A stretch of 62,788 nucleotides of DNA, counting the filler, from Octopus bimaculoides (lineage: Eukaryota): assembly GCF_001194135.2 (NCBI RefSeq). It is 7 parts of 4 records of this genome, joined end to end, with 100 filler letters (N's around TTAATTAATTAA, not from the genome) between each part and the next. Parts side by side here need not be neighbours in the genome. Positions count along the whole stretch, not along the records: positions 32,892 to 46,932 come from NC_068983.1; positions 47,033 to 62,788 come from NC_068983.1; 5 more parts are not named here. One strand, 5' to 3'. Positions 41,690 through 55,208 of the stretch are shown in pieces (the stretch's first letter is position 1; every line of letters begins with the position of its first letter). The translations under genes were made by a program, and so were the position numbers. The notes under the pieces are model-generated. The model worked only from the letters and a program-made list of their open reading frames with translations. It had not been told where the DNA came from and searched no databases.

Positions 41690-41773
41690 AACACATATAT
41701 AAAGATATATATATATGTGTGTGTGTGTAAGCATATATATATATGTGTATGTATGTATGTATGTATATATATG

Positions 41774-41832
<59 letters not shown>

Positions 41833-42711
41833 NNNNNNNNNNNNNNNNNNNNNNNNNNNNNNNNNNNNNNNNNNNNNNNNNNNNNNNNNNNNNNNNNNNN
41901 NNNNNNNNNNNNNNNNNNNNNNNNNNNNNNNNNNNNNNNNNNNNNNNNNNNNNNNNNNNNNNNNNNNNNNNNNNNNNNNNNNNNNNNNNNNNNNNNNNNN
42001 NNNNNNNNNNNNNNNNNNNNNNNNNNNNNNNNNNNNNNNNNNNNNNNNNNNNNNNNNNNNNNNNNNNNNNNNNNNNNNNNNNNNNNNNNNNNNNNNNNNN
42101 NNNNNNNNNNNNNNNNNNNNNNNNNNNNNNNNNNNNNNNNNNNNNNNNNNNNNNNNNNNNNNNNNNNNNNNNNNNNNNNNNNNNNNNNNNNNNNNNNNNN
42201 NNNNNNNNNNNNNNNNNNNNNNNNNNNNNNNNNNNNNNNNNNNNNNNNNNNNNNNNNNNNNNNNNNNNNNNNNNNNNNNNNNNNNNNNNNNNNNNNNNNN
42301 NNNNNNNNNNNNNNNNNNNNNNNNNNNNNNNNNNNNNNNNNNNNNNNNNNNNNNNNNNNNNNNNNNNNNNNNNNNNNNNNNNNNNNNNNNNNNNNNNNNN
42401 NNNNNNNNNNNNNNNNNNNNNNNNNNNNNNNNNNNNNNNNNNNNNNNNNNNNNNNNNNNNNNNNNNNNNNNNNNNNNNNNNNNNNNNNNNNNNNNNNNNN
42501 NNNNNNNNNNNNNNNNNNNNNNNNNNNNNNNNNNNNNNNNNNNNNNNNNNNNNNNNNNNNNNNNNNNNNNNNNNNNNNNNNNNNATCTCAGACCCGAAAG
42601 TAGGCTACGTAGATTTTTTAAAATATCAATATTGGGGCCTCTAGAATGATAGGAAATCAACAAAAGATTATTCCTATTCATTTGCATTAATCAGCTGTTT
42701 TATAATCTGTA

Positions 42712-43072
42712 GGGTCTTCCATACTTTTTTAATCTTTTTATAAAAGGGAAAAGAATTTGTCTATTTATTTATTTCTACTGTCCACCAGCGACGGTGATTG
42801 AATTGTCTAGGAACACTGAACGCATACATTTCCATAATTCTCAACTGATTTTCACCAAACTTTACACACACATTACTTATGTCTCCAGGATGGTCATGCA
42901 CTAAACATTTTACCCAGAGCTCCCGCGTAAATGGATCTAAATGGACATAGTTTTTTTGTATGTTGGGTCTTCCATACTTTTAAAAATCTTTTTATAAAAG
43001 TGAAAAGATTTTGTCTATTTATTTATTTCGACTGTCCACCTGCCACGGTGATTAAATTTACTAGGAACACTA
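42712..43072. repeat. Two ~105-bp diverged direct repeats, probably Helitron-internal
   Basis: GGGTCTTCCATACTTTT...CTAGGAACACT at ~42712-42820 and ~42965-43072. Confidence 0.75.
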
Positions 43073-43777
43073 TACGTGATGAATACCCATTACGAAACAA
43101 TCTTAATCTCCATATTTAAACCGTTTTAAACTTTGGCAAGCTTACCTTTACCTATTCTGAGTTACTTGAAAGGTGATGATCCTTTCCGTCCCTTCTATTT
43201 GTTGATACCTTTGTTTACCTACCAATGCGTTGTTTCACTTTAAGGATGCTTATTTACCCATCCATTATGGTATTTCGACTGCTGTCCATTGTTTCAAATA
43301 CGTCTTAGCATTGTCGTAGATGAGAGGGAAGGGACGATGATGACGATCATGGTGGTGATGATGACGATGATGACGATGATGACGATGAGCATGTGGAGAA
43401 CGATGATGATGGTGGTGCTGATAATGACAATAATTTCGATGATGAAGTTGATGACGATAATATTAAAGATGATTGTAATGGCGACGACAATGTCGTTCCA
43501 GTGAGTATCGGAGGATAATTAAGACAATTAAACTACCTGAGCGTTCGCTTTCCAAAACATCATCTCATTTATATTTCCTCATAAATTGTGATATCCTCAC
43601 TTGACCCTTCTTTTGCCGATGTTCCCTCTGCTCTTCCTTCTTCTTCTTCTTCTTCTTCTTCTTCTTCTTCTTCTTCTTCTTCTTCTTCTTCATATTAATC
43701 GTCATATAAAGCCTTTCCTGCTGCTAAGACTCCACCACCCCCTCCTCTTCCTCCTGCTTCTCCTTCTCATCTTCATC

Positions 43778-43821
<44 letters not shown>

Positions 43822-43874
43822 TATCCCTGACGTCACTGTTGGCGTCACCATCGTTGTCTTCATCATCCACCCCT

Positions 43875-43908
<34 letters not shown>

Positions 43909-45477
43909 CCGTCGATATCATCTTCATCATTATTATCATTACCATCACCACTACTATCATCACCATCATCACCATTAGTAATATCCTAAAGGTCGAAAAT
44001 ATGTTGATACTAATGATAATTATAATCTCCATTACATTAGTTCTCCCCTCTCTTTCTTTCTCTGTATGTGTGTGTCTGTGTAGCCGTCTCTTTCTCCATC
44101 ACTCTCTTCACCAACTACCTTCTATTTTACCATTTTACCGTAGCTCACGTCTCATTCCTAATAGTCTCAATCAATCATTTAAATTTATTGTACTTCCGGT
44201 CATGTGAGCAACCGGGATTCCGGCTTCCATTCTAGAGTCATTCGTTGATTCTGTCTGATCAACTTATTTCCAAAGCCCAAATTTCATCAGCGAGTAAAAT
44301 TATTGTTGAATAAATGCAGTTCCTGTCATTGGCTTTCAAAGATAAGATTTAAAATCTTTGTCGTTGCTGTTGTTATTCCAGTCGGAATGACCTCTAGAGG
44401 GACAAATGTACGACGTGTCCGACATTCAAAAATGGTGATGAAACTGCCCAATTATTTGCTCTATGACTAGAACACTACTATATCAAACAGTTGTTGATGC
44501 ATCTCAGGATTCGAGTCACTCGAACAAATTGCCGCCCTCCTTTAAGAAGGGAAGGGTATGCAGTTTCCTTCAGTCTGGTGACTATCGCGAAAGCGGTTAT
44601 GTCACGGACACCCTTGAAACAGTCGTAGAGAGAGCTTTTTGTCTCCTACCAATCTCTTATCCATTTTAAGCATGATTTGAACCTGATGAGGAGGAGAGAG
44701 AGGGAGGTTCAGCTCTCAAGCGAATTTTAGATAAGACGCATATAAATCACAAAATTATCACGTATGAGAAGACTAATCATTAAATTTTACCCAGACGCTG
44801 AAGTCGGGTGCAGCAAGAATCTCAGAGTACAGGTTACTCGGGGGGTTGAGCGGTCTTTTTATTCATTGCTTCTCTTGGGGGAATTGTTGATTGTCTCGTC
44901 TAAATCGTTAGTATCTAATTTAATTCAAAGGTGAGAGTTCGTAGAATATCGATAAGTTCAATTGCTATGAGAAGTGAAACGTCTGACATTTCGTACTACA
45001 AACAGAGAGTAGAACAAGCTGACGATGTTGAAGGCTGAGAGCATAAAACGTTAGACTTTTCACTCATCATAGCAATTGAACTTATTCGTAATTCATGTGG
45101 ATTTTCTTTCGCTTGAATCGCTTGCCAACACAGAGGAGAGAAAGATATATGGAGGAGGTCTGAAAGATAGTTGAGTTTAATGGCAAAATGACTATCATAA
45201 ATCTCCATGCACATACACACACATACACACACATGAAATGTTCATGGAATCGAGGGGAAAAAAAACGAAATATGTTCTATTGTATCACTAGGAAGACTCG
45301 GCGAGTGGAAAACTCCAGACAGAGAAGTGTCTAAGGATCTGTATTTTTACCAGCGAGAATGATAGGGATGTATCTAACATGGCGGACTTCGTTCGAATAA
45401 ACATGGGGGTTTTCGCCGCTGTTTGCGTCTTTCGTCGATGTACATCGTCGAAAGATGTGTTTGCTCATCCTTCACCC

Positions 45478-45546
<69 letters not shown>

Positions 45547-46596
45547 GTGTGTATGTGTTCATATATGTGTGTGTGTGGGGGGGGGTCTGAAGGTTTCAAT
45601 GGCTAGGGTTAATAATTCGACCACGGAAGTACACTCTTTGACCCACAGTTGGTCAGAGTGGATAGGTAGGTATAGAAGATGTCCGATAATTACATTGAAA
45701 ACTAATACATCATATTAAATATATCATCAGTCATTTCACCGCCCAGTGATTTCATGGCAAGGTATGGTATTAATGTGATGTGAGTCATTACATCGTCAGC
45801 AAATTCATTGTTATACTTTACTTTATCATTGAACAATATACAAAGATTTTATTTGCACATAAAATACATCATATTTCATTAGCAATGAAATAAACATTCG
45901 AAGATAACAAAAAAATCATTAATTTAAAATTTACTCAATATACACATGAAGAAATAAAGAAACGTTACTTTTGAATATAAAATTTCGAAGACAAAATAAT
46001 CAGTAAAACGCATTATGCTATTTTGAATTGTAGGAAGTACGACAAAAGAAAAACATAAAATTATTCTATAAAAAAAGAATTACGAGCGATGTCAAATAAT
46101 CCAGTATTTTTTTCCCATTTTCATACCACCGATGATACGTTGAATTCTCGTTAATCTATCTTTATATCTCTTTTTATGATGTGGAATTTCAGCACTGATG
46201 ATATAGTGCTCGGTTATAACTTTGTTTCTTGATTATTCATTCTTCAAGGTGTATAAAAATTTTCCCCGATCGTATGATGGAATTTTTTCTAGCTTTGGAA
46301 TTATTCTTCGTTGTTAAGACATATTTACTATGTGAATAAAATATTTAAATACAACTTAGAAATAATGTATTTTACGCAGTGATTTAAAAGTATCACGTTG
46401 TACATATCGACGATGTGTATACACTGAATCGGCACCTACAACCAGAACAGATAAAACGGCAATAGTATGTCGAGATTTCCACCCGTAGTCGATGAATCGA
46501 CAGCGAGTACATACGTACATACATACATACATACATATAGGGAGTGGCTGTGTGGTAAGTAGCTTGCTCATCAACCACATGGGACTCTAAAAGTCA

Positions 46597-46727
46597 TACA
46601 TAAATGCCTCACGCTAGGAGGGACTCTAAAAGTCAAACAACCATAATAAACACATTTTTACCGAATGTGAGGGAATGCAAGGATAGTTTGACTTTTAGAG
46701 TCCCTCCTAGCGTGAGGCATTTATGTA
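46597..46727. mobile_element. MITE with 42-bp perfect inverted arms
   Basis: 46597-46638 is the exact reverse complement of 46686-46727, with TA at both outer ends; family A head at 46541-46580 directly upstream. Confidence 0.75.
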
Positions 46728-46741
46728 GAGTAATGCCCTTA

Positions 46742-46780
<39 letters not shown>

Positions 46781-46799
46781 ATACAAATGATATTTGAGC

Positions 46800-46932
46800 A
46801 TATGCATGTATACATACATATATGTACATACCTACATCTACATGTATATATAGATGCATATCCGGATACAGGACGTCAAAAAACGAACTTTTTTGCGGAC
46901 AACAGAATGAACACGTAGGAAAGCAGACAGGA
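46800..46932 (-). mobile_element. Repeat family E body, ribozyme end lost in gap
   Basis: Reverse complement of 39440-39600 with an internal deletion. Confidence 0.75.
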
Positions 46933-47032
46933 NNNNNNNNNNNNNNNNNNNNNNNNNNNNNNNNNNNNNNNNNNNNTTAATTAATTAANNNNNNNNNNNN
47001 NNNNNNNNNNNNNNNNNNNNNNNNNNNNNNNN
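46933..47032. other. Artificial scaffold-join spacer
   Basis: N44-TTAATTAATTAA-N44. Confidence 0.95.
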
Positions 47033-47122
47033 TTTTTCCTTCCTCCCCCCTCCCAAAAAGAAAAGCTCTACATTGTATTTGTCCCATCTTCGTTGAGCCC
47101 TGTGTGGCTAATAAAAGAAATG

Positions 47123-47200
<78 letters not shown>

Positions 47201-47770
47201 TCCCTATCACATAATTGCTCAGGTTCTCTTTCTCTCTTGGAGATGAGACAACACTAGTGCAGATGAATGAGCAAAGACAACATAGGATAAAGAGGACTAT
47301 TAGTCTTGCCTGGGACAAGGCAACACCATTAGTGCTGGTGCCACAATAAAATGCTCTCAATATATTCGATAATGTGGTTGGGGATAGAAAGGGCAACCAG
47401 TAACAAGGGTTACACTCAAAGTTAAACATACAATCAATTTATGGTCTTCTGACCTATCTGGGGTTGAGAAGTAATTCCAAATAAAATGGACCTCAACCAT
47501 AAAATGATCTTATATATCCTTAGCTCATTAGTTTACTACTTTTTCACTAAATACCCTACATGGACAACATTTCAAACCTCTTACCTTTCTGTTTTAACTT
47601 TGGTCAATCCTTGATGTAAGAAAAGGTCTTTGATCTTCCAGCCAATCCACAGATGCTTTTGTTCCCATCCCTTGAAGAAATTATGTAGAGTCAACATTAT
47701 GACTGACATCCACACTACACAAGCAATATATATATATATATATATATATAGATAGATATTATTTATTTAA

Positions 47771-47957
47771 AGGTTACAATACATGTATTTAAGCACTACT
47801 AATAGTTTCATATGTTGAGAAATACTCAAACATATTCTTCAGATGCAAACCACATATCATAGTTTGTTATGATATGTGGTTTGTGCCTGAAGAATCTGTT
47901 TGAGTTCTCTCAACATATGAAACTATTAGTAGCGCTTAAATACATGTATTGTAACCT
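47771..47957. mobile_element. Fully palindromic MITE, Kolobok/T2-like
   Basis: TTAA|AGG...CCT|TTAA; ~91-nt arms with few mismatches; loop 47862-47867. Confidence 0.75.
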
Positions 47958-48862
47958 TTAACTAAATGATATTTATCTCTCACCAGATGGAGTAGTTTTT
48001 TAATTGAGTTTTCTATCATGGAACAGTACATTTTATATATATATATATATATATATGAAGTACAAGCAGCTCTCGTGTAATAAATATTGTTAAATACATA
48101 TACTAACGTATATGCTTTGTGTATATTCTGGACATACCAGCTCATGATTTTAAATGCCATGAGCATATAAGTCGCACTGGCTAGCTGACTCACCTTCAAC
48201 CCAGGCAGGTAGGTGGTGTTGATTAGCTACAAAAATGGTGAAACATTGATGTCTATCACTCCCAAATGGGATTCAGGGTGAGTTATCTCACCTGTTCATG
48301 GTTCTAAGGTGTTTTAACACTGACGACACATGAGTTATATACTCCACTACGCCATTGCAGCCACCGGAAAATACACAAAGCATATACATTAGTATATGTA
48401 TTTAACTATATATATATATTGCTTGTGTATGTGTGCATTTGAATTGTGTGAAAACTGTTCTTGCTCTCTGCATGTACTAACCAACTCTTCATTGGCCTGT
48501 TGTATGCACCTTCTGTGGTTGGTAAAGGTAAAACATTTAAAATCAAGAGGAAAATGAAGAAACAGAAAACGGCCAAAACAACACCAAGTCCTGAACTTCA
48601 CGGAGGTAATTATGAGTGAGATCCTCTTGTAAAGAACGGTTAAGAATGTTCCTTAATGGATTGGCTAATAACGTTCAGAACTGAAAGACAAAATTTTCAA
48701 TGAATTAATTATTTACCAAATTAAACTGTCTCAAAAGCATTTTCGTTAAGATGAGAAATTTTCAAACCATAACATTTTATTTTTAGAGTGTGTGTGTGTG
48801 TGTATTTACAATATTTATAAATACACTATTTACCTCATCTGTAGTGTCATCATTGTCGTCAT

Positions 48863-49820
48863 CATCATCATCATCCTTTTAACTTCCACTTTTCCATGCC
48901 TTCATGAGTCAGATGGATTTCATCAACACTGGTTTTCTAAGGTCAGATGCCCTACCTGTTGCCAGCACTCACCTGTTTGCCGTCAAATTAATATTTCTTC
49001 ATAGCTGGACATGTTTTCATGGAAGACTGGAATCAAAAAACATCATTTGTATGTCGGTGATACTAATTTATAACCCATCGCATGATGTCTACAGACAAGG
49101 ATAGACACACACACACACACGTATATCACCATCACCCTCATCATCATCGTTTAACATCCGCTTTCGATGGAGCTGGCTAGCAGGGATCTGTCCAGACGCC
49201 AACTATCTGTTTTGGCATGCTTTCTACAGCTGGATGCCCTTCCTAATGCCAACCACTTGTGAGCTGGGTACCTTTTACGTGCTGACGGCACAGGTGTTTA
49301 TATGGCACCGGTATATGTGTGTTTCTTTTTATTGCCCACAAGGGGCCAACATGGAGGGTATATGTGTGTTAACACAGCCCCAGCACAGATGCCTTTTAAG
49401 TGGCACTGGCACCTGTGTAGAAGTTAGAGGTTTTACTTACCTTGACAATTTTTATCAAATACAGCAAATCCCCACTTCTCACAGTCCCTTGTCATTTCCT
49501 CAGTGAGCCCTAGAATCTGAAGATCCTTTCTCACCCCTTCATCCTGCATCTTCCTGACTCTACCCTTACATTCATGTATGTGTGTGTGTGTGTGTGAGAG
49601 ACACCATCATCATCATTGTTTAAAATCCTCTTCCTATGCTGGCATGGGTTGGTCACTTTGACATGAAGCTGGCTAGCAGGAGGCTGTCCAGACTCCAGCT
49701 GTCTGTTGTGGCAGGGTTCCTATGGTGGGACGCCCTTCCTAATGCCAACCACTTAATAAAGTGAGCTGGGTGCCTTGTACATTGCCAATGGCACTGGTGT
49801 GTTTACACAGCACCGACACA
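48863..49820 (-). mobile_element. Cluster of three (TGA)n-tailed family C/RTE-tail copies (48863-49110, 49139-49400, 49605-49820)
   Basis: Each starts with an ATC repeat then TTTAAC; GATGCCCT..CCTAATGCCAACCAC-like core shared. Confidence 0.75.
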
Positions 49821-50871
49821 TGCTGTGTGTGTGTGTGTGTGTGTGTGTATTTACGTAAAGCAGCCTTTTTTTAGTTTTTGGCTACCAAATCCACTAAAAA
49901 GGCTTCGGTCACTTTGGTAACAAATGTTACCTGTGACTTTGACACACAGACAGACAGGCACGTGTGCATGTGCATGCACACACACACACACACACAAACC
50001 TTTGAATAGTAAGTCATTACTATGTGAAAAATTATCAATGATCCCGTTTCCATGGTAGCAAGTGAAAATCTGTCCCCCGAGGCACCCCAATCACCCTCTC
50101 TCCTGCAACAACAATAAGAGTGGTTCCTTGACCCGTCAGAAATAGCAGCCACACCTTCCCCAAACCATAACACCCCAGTGTCTTTAAAAAAAAATGTAGA
50201 ACACGTTGAATAATATAGTCTTAGTTATACTGTTTGAATAAAAGACAGCGTGGTCATGGAAGGAACCTGTTTGATTATTGGTTTGTTCAGTCATTCCTGA
50301 CTCAGGGCTAAAACAACAGCAGCTGCCACCACCACCATCATAATATCATTGTCTGATAAGATAGCAGGATTCTGTGTTTGTTTTTGTATCTAATTAGCTA
50401 ATTAACTGAAATATTTGGGTTTCTACTATTTAATTGGAGCTGTCAGAAAATACATATTTGTGTCGTACATCCGACAGCTCTGTCCTTCTTACTCCTCCAC
50501 CACCCTCCATGGAGTTTCCACACTTTTGTCTTCTCTGTGTGTGTGTGTGTGTGTGTGTTTGTGTGTATGTGTTTGTGTGTATGTGTGTGTGTGTGTGTGC
50601 ATATAGCAAGATAAGAGCTGTAAAGCATCTCATTTCTCCCTTGTTTGAGTCGTTGGACTGTGACAAGCTGCCGTATGCACAGTCTATGAAAGGTTTACTC
50701 AAGTGAATTGACACCCACTACTTTTTTTCCCTTCTTATTCTATTGGTCTTTTGTTTGCCAAGCCGTGAAGTTATGGGAATGTAAACAAACCAACTTTGGT
50801 TGTAAAGCAGTGTGAGGGAACAAACCTGAAGTTACATACATAAATGTTACACCCTGTATATATATATATAT

Positions 50872-51192
50872 CATCATCATCATTATCAGCTAACGTCCGC
50901 TTTCCATGCTTGCATGGGTTGGATGATTTGACTGAGGACTGGCAAACCAGATGGCAACACCAGGCTCCAATCTGATCTGGCAGAGTTTCTACAGCTGGAT
51001 GCCCTTCCTAACGCCAACCACTCTGAGAGTGCAGTGGGTATTTTTATGTGCCACCAGCACGAGGGCCAGTCAGGCGGTACTGGCAACGGCCATGCTCAAA
51101 TGGTGTTTTTTATGTGCCAACTGCACAGGAGCCAATCCAGTAGCACTGGCAACAACCTCACTCGAATATTTTTTCACATGCCGGTGGCACGT
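50872..51192 (-). mobile_element. Family C (RTE 3'UTR-derived) copy
   Basis: Closely matches 53163-53462 and the reverse complement of 62320-62562. Confidence 0.9.
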
Positions 51193-51439
51193 GAATGGGG
51201 GCGAGTGCATGAGTATGTATGTGTGGGCGAGCTGAAAATTATGTGGACCTGTGTGTGTGTATGTGTACAAGTAACTTAGTGCATACATGTGGAGTGATAT
51301 TCCTGTGTCCAACCTAATGTATTGCATCAGGTCCAAATCGTTAGTGTTAATTGCCATTAGCATTGTGGAGCTATTTTGCGTTTGTGTGTTTGTATTGTTG
51401 TGTGTGGCATTGGTATATCTCCCTGCTTTGTTTGGCTGA

Positions 51440-52890
51440 GTGGTGGTTCTTTTTTTTTACCCCCTTTTTCTTCTCCCCGCCTCCCCATGACCATTTGCCA
51501 TTCTTCTGTGTCGCCTTCATCAGACATCATGTCAGAGGAATCAGAAAGTGGGTGGGGAAGAGTATTGGGTTGATTTGTGTGTTGTTGTTGTTGTTAGCAC
51601 TGGTTGGTGGCTGTTGAGATGTGACGCATGCGCTGTCAGGGGTGAGGAATTAGTCTTTTCTCTTTTTTTCCTGGTTTTGGTGCTTCTTCTGTAGTTGAGG
51701 TGATGGTGTTGCTTCTATTCTTGATAGCACTGATGGAGGTGTTGGTTGGTTGAGTTGGTTTGTCTGTTGTGCTGATGGTGGTGTGGTTAACAGTGTTGGT
51801 TTGCTGTTGCTGTTCTTTTGCTAATTGGCAGTCTGTTTTGAGATGGTTTTTGCTACCATAAAAGTAACAATGTGGCTTTCTGCCTTCAAAGTAGGGTCAT
51901 GTCATCTGGAAGTTTAATTAAATCCGGGAGATTTTCAATTGTTTCTTGTTTTGCCTGGATTACCAACTCTAACCTCTGTCCAGCCCAGTTTTGCTGTTCT
52001 AGAACAGTGATTTCTAATATGTTAATTTGTTCTTCAAAATCATAACAGATGGCTGACACCAGCCATCTTATTTCTATTTCGGGAGACACATCTTTAATTT
52101 TTACCTCTGTCACCTGACGACTGAGGTAAGTGGGAATCAATTCCTCGCATTCCAGAGTTTTTGTTGAGAGTTCTATTGTGCGCTCTTCTGCGTCGAATCT
52201 TACCTCAATCGTGGCAAATCTTTTGCACCTTGCGATATATTTTTTGTAAGCCCATATGGGCCGTAGATATTTTTCAGCTGTTTGTTGAGTGGCCTGTTCC
52301 AGTCTTTTAATTTTTATGTTCAGGGTTTTATAAATCATGTTTTTGTTTTTTTAATGTCCTGCAAAATGTTTGTCTTCTTTGTTTAATAACTGTTTGCATT
52401 GTAGTAATTCCTCTGTTGAGAAGGACACTAGATGTTTTTTGCTTTTTTTTACCTTAAAATAAAAACAAAATTACTTTGTTTGTTCATGTTGGTGGTGGCA
52501 ACATTCATTGTCTTAGGCGTGTATTCATTTTGTCCGTTCTCCCTTCCTACTCATTTGGAAGGAAAGCATGCGTCAAATTGTGTGTTGTCGTTTTTCAATT
52601 GTGTGTGTGTGTGTGTGTGAAAGTGAATTGATATTTTCTTTTTTACTTGTTGTCGTTGGCAACAAAGGAAATTCTTCATTAAAATTGATTACTGAGACGC
52701 TACTGATCTCAGAATGGCTAGCCATTTTTTTTTTCCTCACAAACAAGATTTTTGAAGATGCAATTTTAAAATCCGAAAATTCACCCTTTAGGGCAAATTT
52801 TCTAGTGAAGAAACTCGCCCAAGCAAAAGCAGACGTTGTTAAACACTTCTTTCTCAAAAATTATTTGCAAATACACATAAACAAACGTAA
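51440..52890 (-). mobile_element. L1/Tx1-like LINE 5' portion with decayed ORF1
   Basis: MASHSE..EEFPLLP start; 150-aa open segment 52338-51886; frameshift into EGRKPH-CYFYGSKNHLKTDC zinc knuckle (51869-51828); Q/T/P-rich tail and WQMV motif. Confidence 0.6.
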
Positions 52891-53070
52891 ATTTTAAAGA
52901 CTTATGAGAGACGATGTGACAACAACCAGTCGATAGATAGGTAGGCAGACAGGTAGGTAGACTGCCTACAGACGGAGGGGTAGGTAGACTGCCTACAGAC
53001 GGATGGGTAGGCAGATAGATTTTATATCATCAATGTATCATATATCTGGTAAAAGAAGCACACCCTAAAG

Positions 53071-53582
53071 CTGTGGTTCCCAACCTTTACACTATCAAAG
53101 GCACCCTTTTATTTCAATGAGTTTTCCCACAGACCCCTTTTAATATGCTTATGTGTGTATATATCATCATCATCATTTAACGTCTGCTTTCCATGCTGGC
53201 ATGGGTTGGATGGTTTGACTGAGGACTGGTGAAACCAGATGGCTGCACCAGGCTCCAATCTGATCTGGCAGAGTTTCTACAGCTGGATGCCCTTCCTAAT
53301 GCCAACCACTCTGAGAATGTAATGGGTGCTTTTTACATGCCACCGGCACGAGGGCCAGTCCAGCGGTACTGTCAACGGCCATGCTCAAATGGTGTTTTTT
53401 ACGTGCCACCTGCACAGGAGCCAGTCCAGTGGTACTGGCAACGACCTCGCTTGAATGTTGTTTTCCACATAATTAGTGTACATTTAACACAAAAGAGGCG
53501 TATATGTATGTATAAATTTTGAATTTAGTTCACGGGCCTCCAGTACTACCTTTGCAGACCCTCAGGGGGTTAGGAACCCCTC
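53071..53582. mobile_element. hAT MITE interrupted by a family C insertion
   Basis: TIRs CTGTGGTTCCCAACC / GGTTAGGAACCCCTC; 8-bp TSD CCCTAAAG / CTCTAAAG. Confidence 0.8.
53163..53462 (-). mobile_element. Family C copy nested in the hAT MITE
   Basis: Aligns with 50872-51192. Confidence 0.9.
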
Positions 53583-54479
53583 CTCTAAAGCATAAGCAGT
53601 AATGTATTAAAAGTAATTAAGTCTATGTCTTGCAATAGAGTGACAAATGGTTTCACATCCACAAAGGCTTTAGCCTCATAGTTATCACATCAGACTCTCA
53701 AACTGAAGACAAATGTAACTCTTCACCTCTGTGAGGCCAGAATCCGTTACAGTCATTTGGTCAATTAGTCATCAAAGAATAGTGCAGGGTCAGTGAGGAT
53801 GAGTTATCTCCTTTAGACTCAGCTGACCTGATATATTTCCAGGCTTGGGTGTTGACTGTGCTCACATTGACAGCAGCACTGATGGCAGCCCCAGCAACAC
53901 CAGTGGCAACAACAACATCTTCAGGCCTTGAACCAACTGAAGATGTGCCCTTAATGTAAGCGCAACCAACACCCAGACCTGGAACCATGTGGTTGGAAAG
54001 CCAATCTTTGAAAAACAGGAAAAGAAAGCAGAAAAAAAAAGTGGGGTGGGAAAGGGAGAATTAGAGATATGTCCTCTTTGACCCTAAAGTCATAAGGTTG
54101 GATAGGGGCCAAGAGTCTGTGGTACAGCTGCTCAATCCAGAGATTGAGATTCAGTCAATGAAATTATACATACACACACACATAATGGGCTTCTTTCAGT
54201 TTTCATTTACCAAATCCACTCAAAGCTTTGTTCACCCCCAAGTCTACAGTAGAAACTACTTGCAGTGGGATGGAACCCAAAACCATATTATTGTACTATG
54301 TACTTCTAAGCCACACACTCAGACTTGTAATGTAGAATATTCCATTATACCATTAATATTTCACTATATTGTTAATATTACATTAATATACTTGTAATAC
54401 TGAATTGATGCCATCTGATCATATCTCTAATTATTAATTATGGTAAAGTTTTGCTAATGACATCATTATGATTCTTTAG

Positions 54480-54737
54480 GTTGCAAAGAAAATGAATTTG
54501 GTCCTGGATGCAACCGAGTCTGTGAATGTCAGAATGGCGGTCATTGTGATGAAGTGAGTGGAGAATGTATCTGTCTTTTGGGATGGATTGGAGCAACATG
54601 TGAACAACCTTGTCCTACTGGTCGTTATGGATTGAACTGCACAGAAGTTTGTCAGTGTCAACATGGTGGAATCTGTGATCCCCGATCAGGGAGATGTTCT
54701 TGCCCAGCTGGACACATGTCAAAATATTGTGAAACAT
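54480..54737 (+). CDS. Exon (2 EGF repeats) of a MEGF6/10/11/draper-like protein
   Basis: tttag|..|gtacgt; 258 nt, phase 1-1; CKENEFGPGCNRVCECQNGGHCDEVSGECICLLGWIGATCEQPCPTGRYGLNCTEVCQCQHGGICDPRSGRCSCPAGHMSKYCET. Confidence 0.95.
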
Positions 54738-55208
54738 GTACGTCTTTATTTTATATTTTCATTGCCATAGAAGACCCTAGTAGCTCAGTCCTTTTTGTAT
54801 TGTATTTCACTGAAAGCCATATAGCCTGGTACCTTGTCTGAAAATCTAGGGGTTTGTATGGTACTAAATCTAAATAACTAGCCTTGTGCCTTCTCTGGGT
54901 AAGCACAGGGGTAATGCATAATTTAAACAAGTCATTCTCAATAGAGCAACAGGGTCCCCTGAAGGCCCTTGACATATTTGAAGGGAGCAACAAACTATCT
55001 GTTTTGTATTTTATTAGGGAGATGAATAGAAGAAACTTAGAACTGATTCACAAGCAGATGGGTGGGAGGGTCTTGCAAGACCAAGAAGAATTTCTCAGGG
55101 AGCCACAACGAAAAACAGTTGAGAACAGCTGATCTAAATAACCAAAGAGACTTGCACCTTAGACTAAATGACCACAGTTTTATAACCTAGACTAAATGAC
55201 CAGTCTTG

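Noticed and set aside
43320-44030. Acidic or His-rich ORFs (DDDEDE, poly-H)
   Set aside because: GAT/CAT/CTT trinucleotide repeats without splice signals or domain features.
48452-48605. Possible upstream exon KLFLLSACTNQLFIGLLYAPSVVG..MKKQKTAKTTPSPELHG with a phase-1 donor at 48606
   Set aside because: The phase fits exon 54480, but there is an in-frame TGA at 48449, no acceptor with a pyrimidine tract, and no ATG before the hydrophobic stretch. It needs RNA-seq.
51510-51525. CTGATGAAG on the minus strand
   Set aside because: No stems or GAAA partner; it lies in LINE ORF1 coding sequence (SDEG).
52950-55200. Short direct repeats (27-bp unit at ~52957-53010; TAGACTAAATGACCA twice at ~55158-55202) as CRISPR-like or TSD signals
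   Set aside because: Only two copies each, no spacers or enclosed element; simple local duplications.
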